Shown here: piece by piece, positions 63,576 to 64,000 of the stretch
Numbering within the stretch: the first letter of the stretch is position 1
Layout: every line of letters begins with the position of its first letter
Assembly (NCBI RefSeq): GCF_006345805.1
Contig: NC_042999.1
Location: forward strand, 56,172,001-56,236,000
Source of the DNA: Octopus sinensis
Lineage: Eukaryota
Length of the DNA stretch: 64,000 nt
Direction of reading: 5' to 3'
Notes under the pieces: generated by a model
Databases searched by the model: none
What the model saw: the letters and a program-made list of their open reading frames with translations, nothing else
Told to the model about the DNA's origin: nothing
Program-made: the position numbers and the translations under genes

Positions 63576-64000
63576 ATAATAATAATGATGATGATGACGA
63601 TGATTTCTTTTATTAGCCAGTGGGGCATAGATGAGGAGGACATCACAAGGACAGTCTACAATTTATGTGGAAGTTTGCATAAAAGATGAGGGGAAGGAAA
63701 AGGGATAGATGGTGAAATGAGATAAAAAATATACATGGTATACAGAAAATATGATAGCATGATTGATTTAGTCCTTCTGATATAGAAGAACTTCCAATTA
63801 GGGCCAATCAAGGAACCCCAGAAATCCAGGATTACCCTCACCACCAAAGCACGAGCCCACATCCAACCGTTGTTCTCCACTCTACAGAGGCATACTTAAA
63901 GTAGGGCCATTCACTCTAACCCTTTTTCACAAATTTCTTCTCAACCCTCATTTTCCTTTCCAAATGGAACTTAGAAAAAGTCAATGAGGGCTTAAGATAA

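Overview
AT-rich animal genomic DNA, most likely an Octopus-type cephalopod (inferred from the tRNA-derived SINE and RTE-tail families; not provable from the window alone). There are no prokaryotic genes, rRNAs, intact tRNAs or CRISPR arrays. (1) The left part holds the 5' portion of a minus-strand KMT2C/KMT2D (MLL3/4)-family histone H3K4 methyltransferase gene. Seven exons splice in frame with canonical GT-AG sites and consistent phases: 13305-7737, 7222-6978, 5858-5768, 5357-5142, 4628-4489, 3059-2950 and 467-363. They encode an AT-hook and most of the first extended PHD (ePHD) finger, and the gene runs off the left edge. Its most unusual part is one 5,569-nt exon encoding about 1,855 Q/E/S-rich residues ahead of the AT-hook; this exon also carries a 553-codon ORF in the +1 frame. 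The true first exon is uncertain (candidates at 33994-34000 and 14927-14998). (2) Near the right edge is the first coding exon of a plus-strand DNAL4 (axonemal dynein light chain 4) gene, with a CpG-rich promoter and a divergent 113-aa ORF. (3) The rest is intron or intergenic DNA dense in SINEs, truncated RTE-clade LINEs, Tc1/mariner, piggyBac and Tigger remnants, non-autonomous Helitrons, foldback MITEs, a Penelope-like remnant, microsatellites and local duplications. Two insertions have a matching empty site inside the window. I found no clear new multi-gene system; the best novelty candidates are the giant exon, its overlapping frame and the gene's 5' architecture. Repeat boundaries were read by eye and are approximate unless termini or TSDs are quoted.
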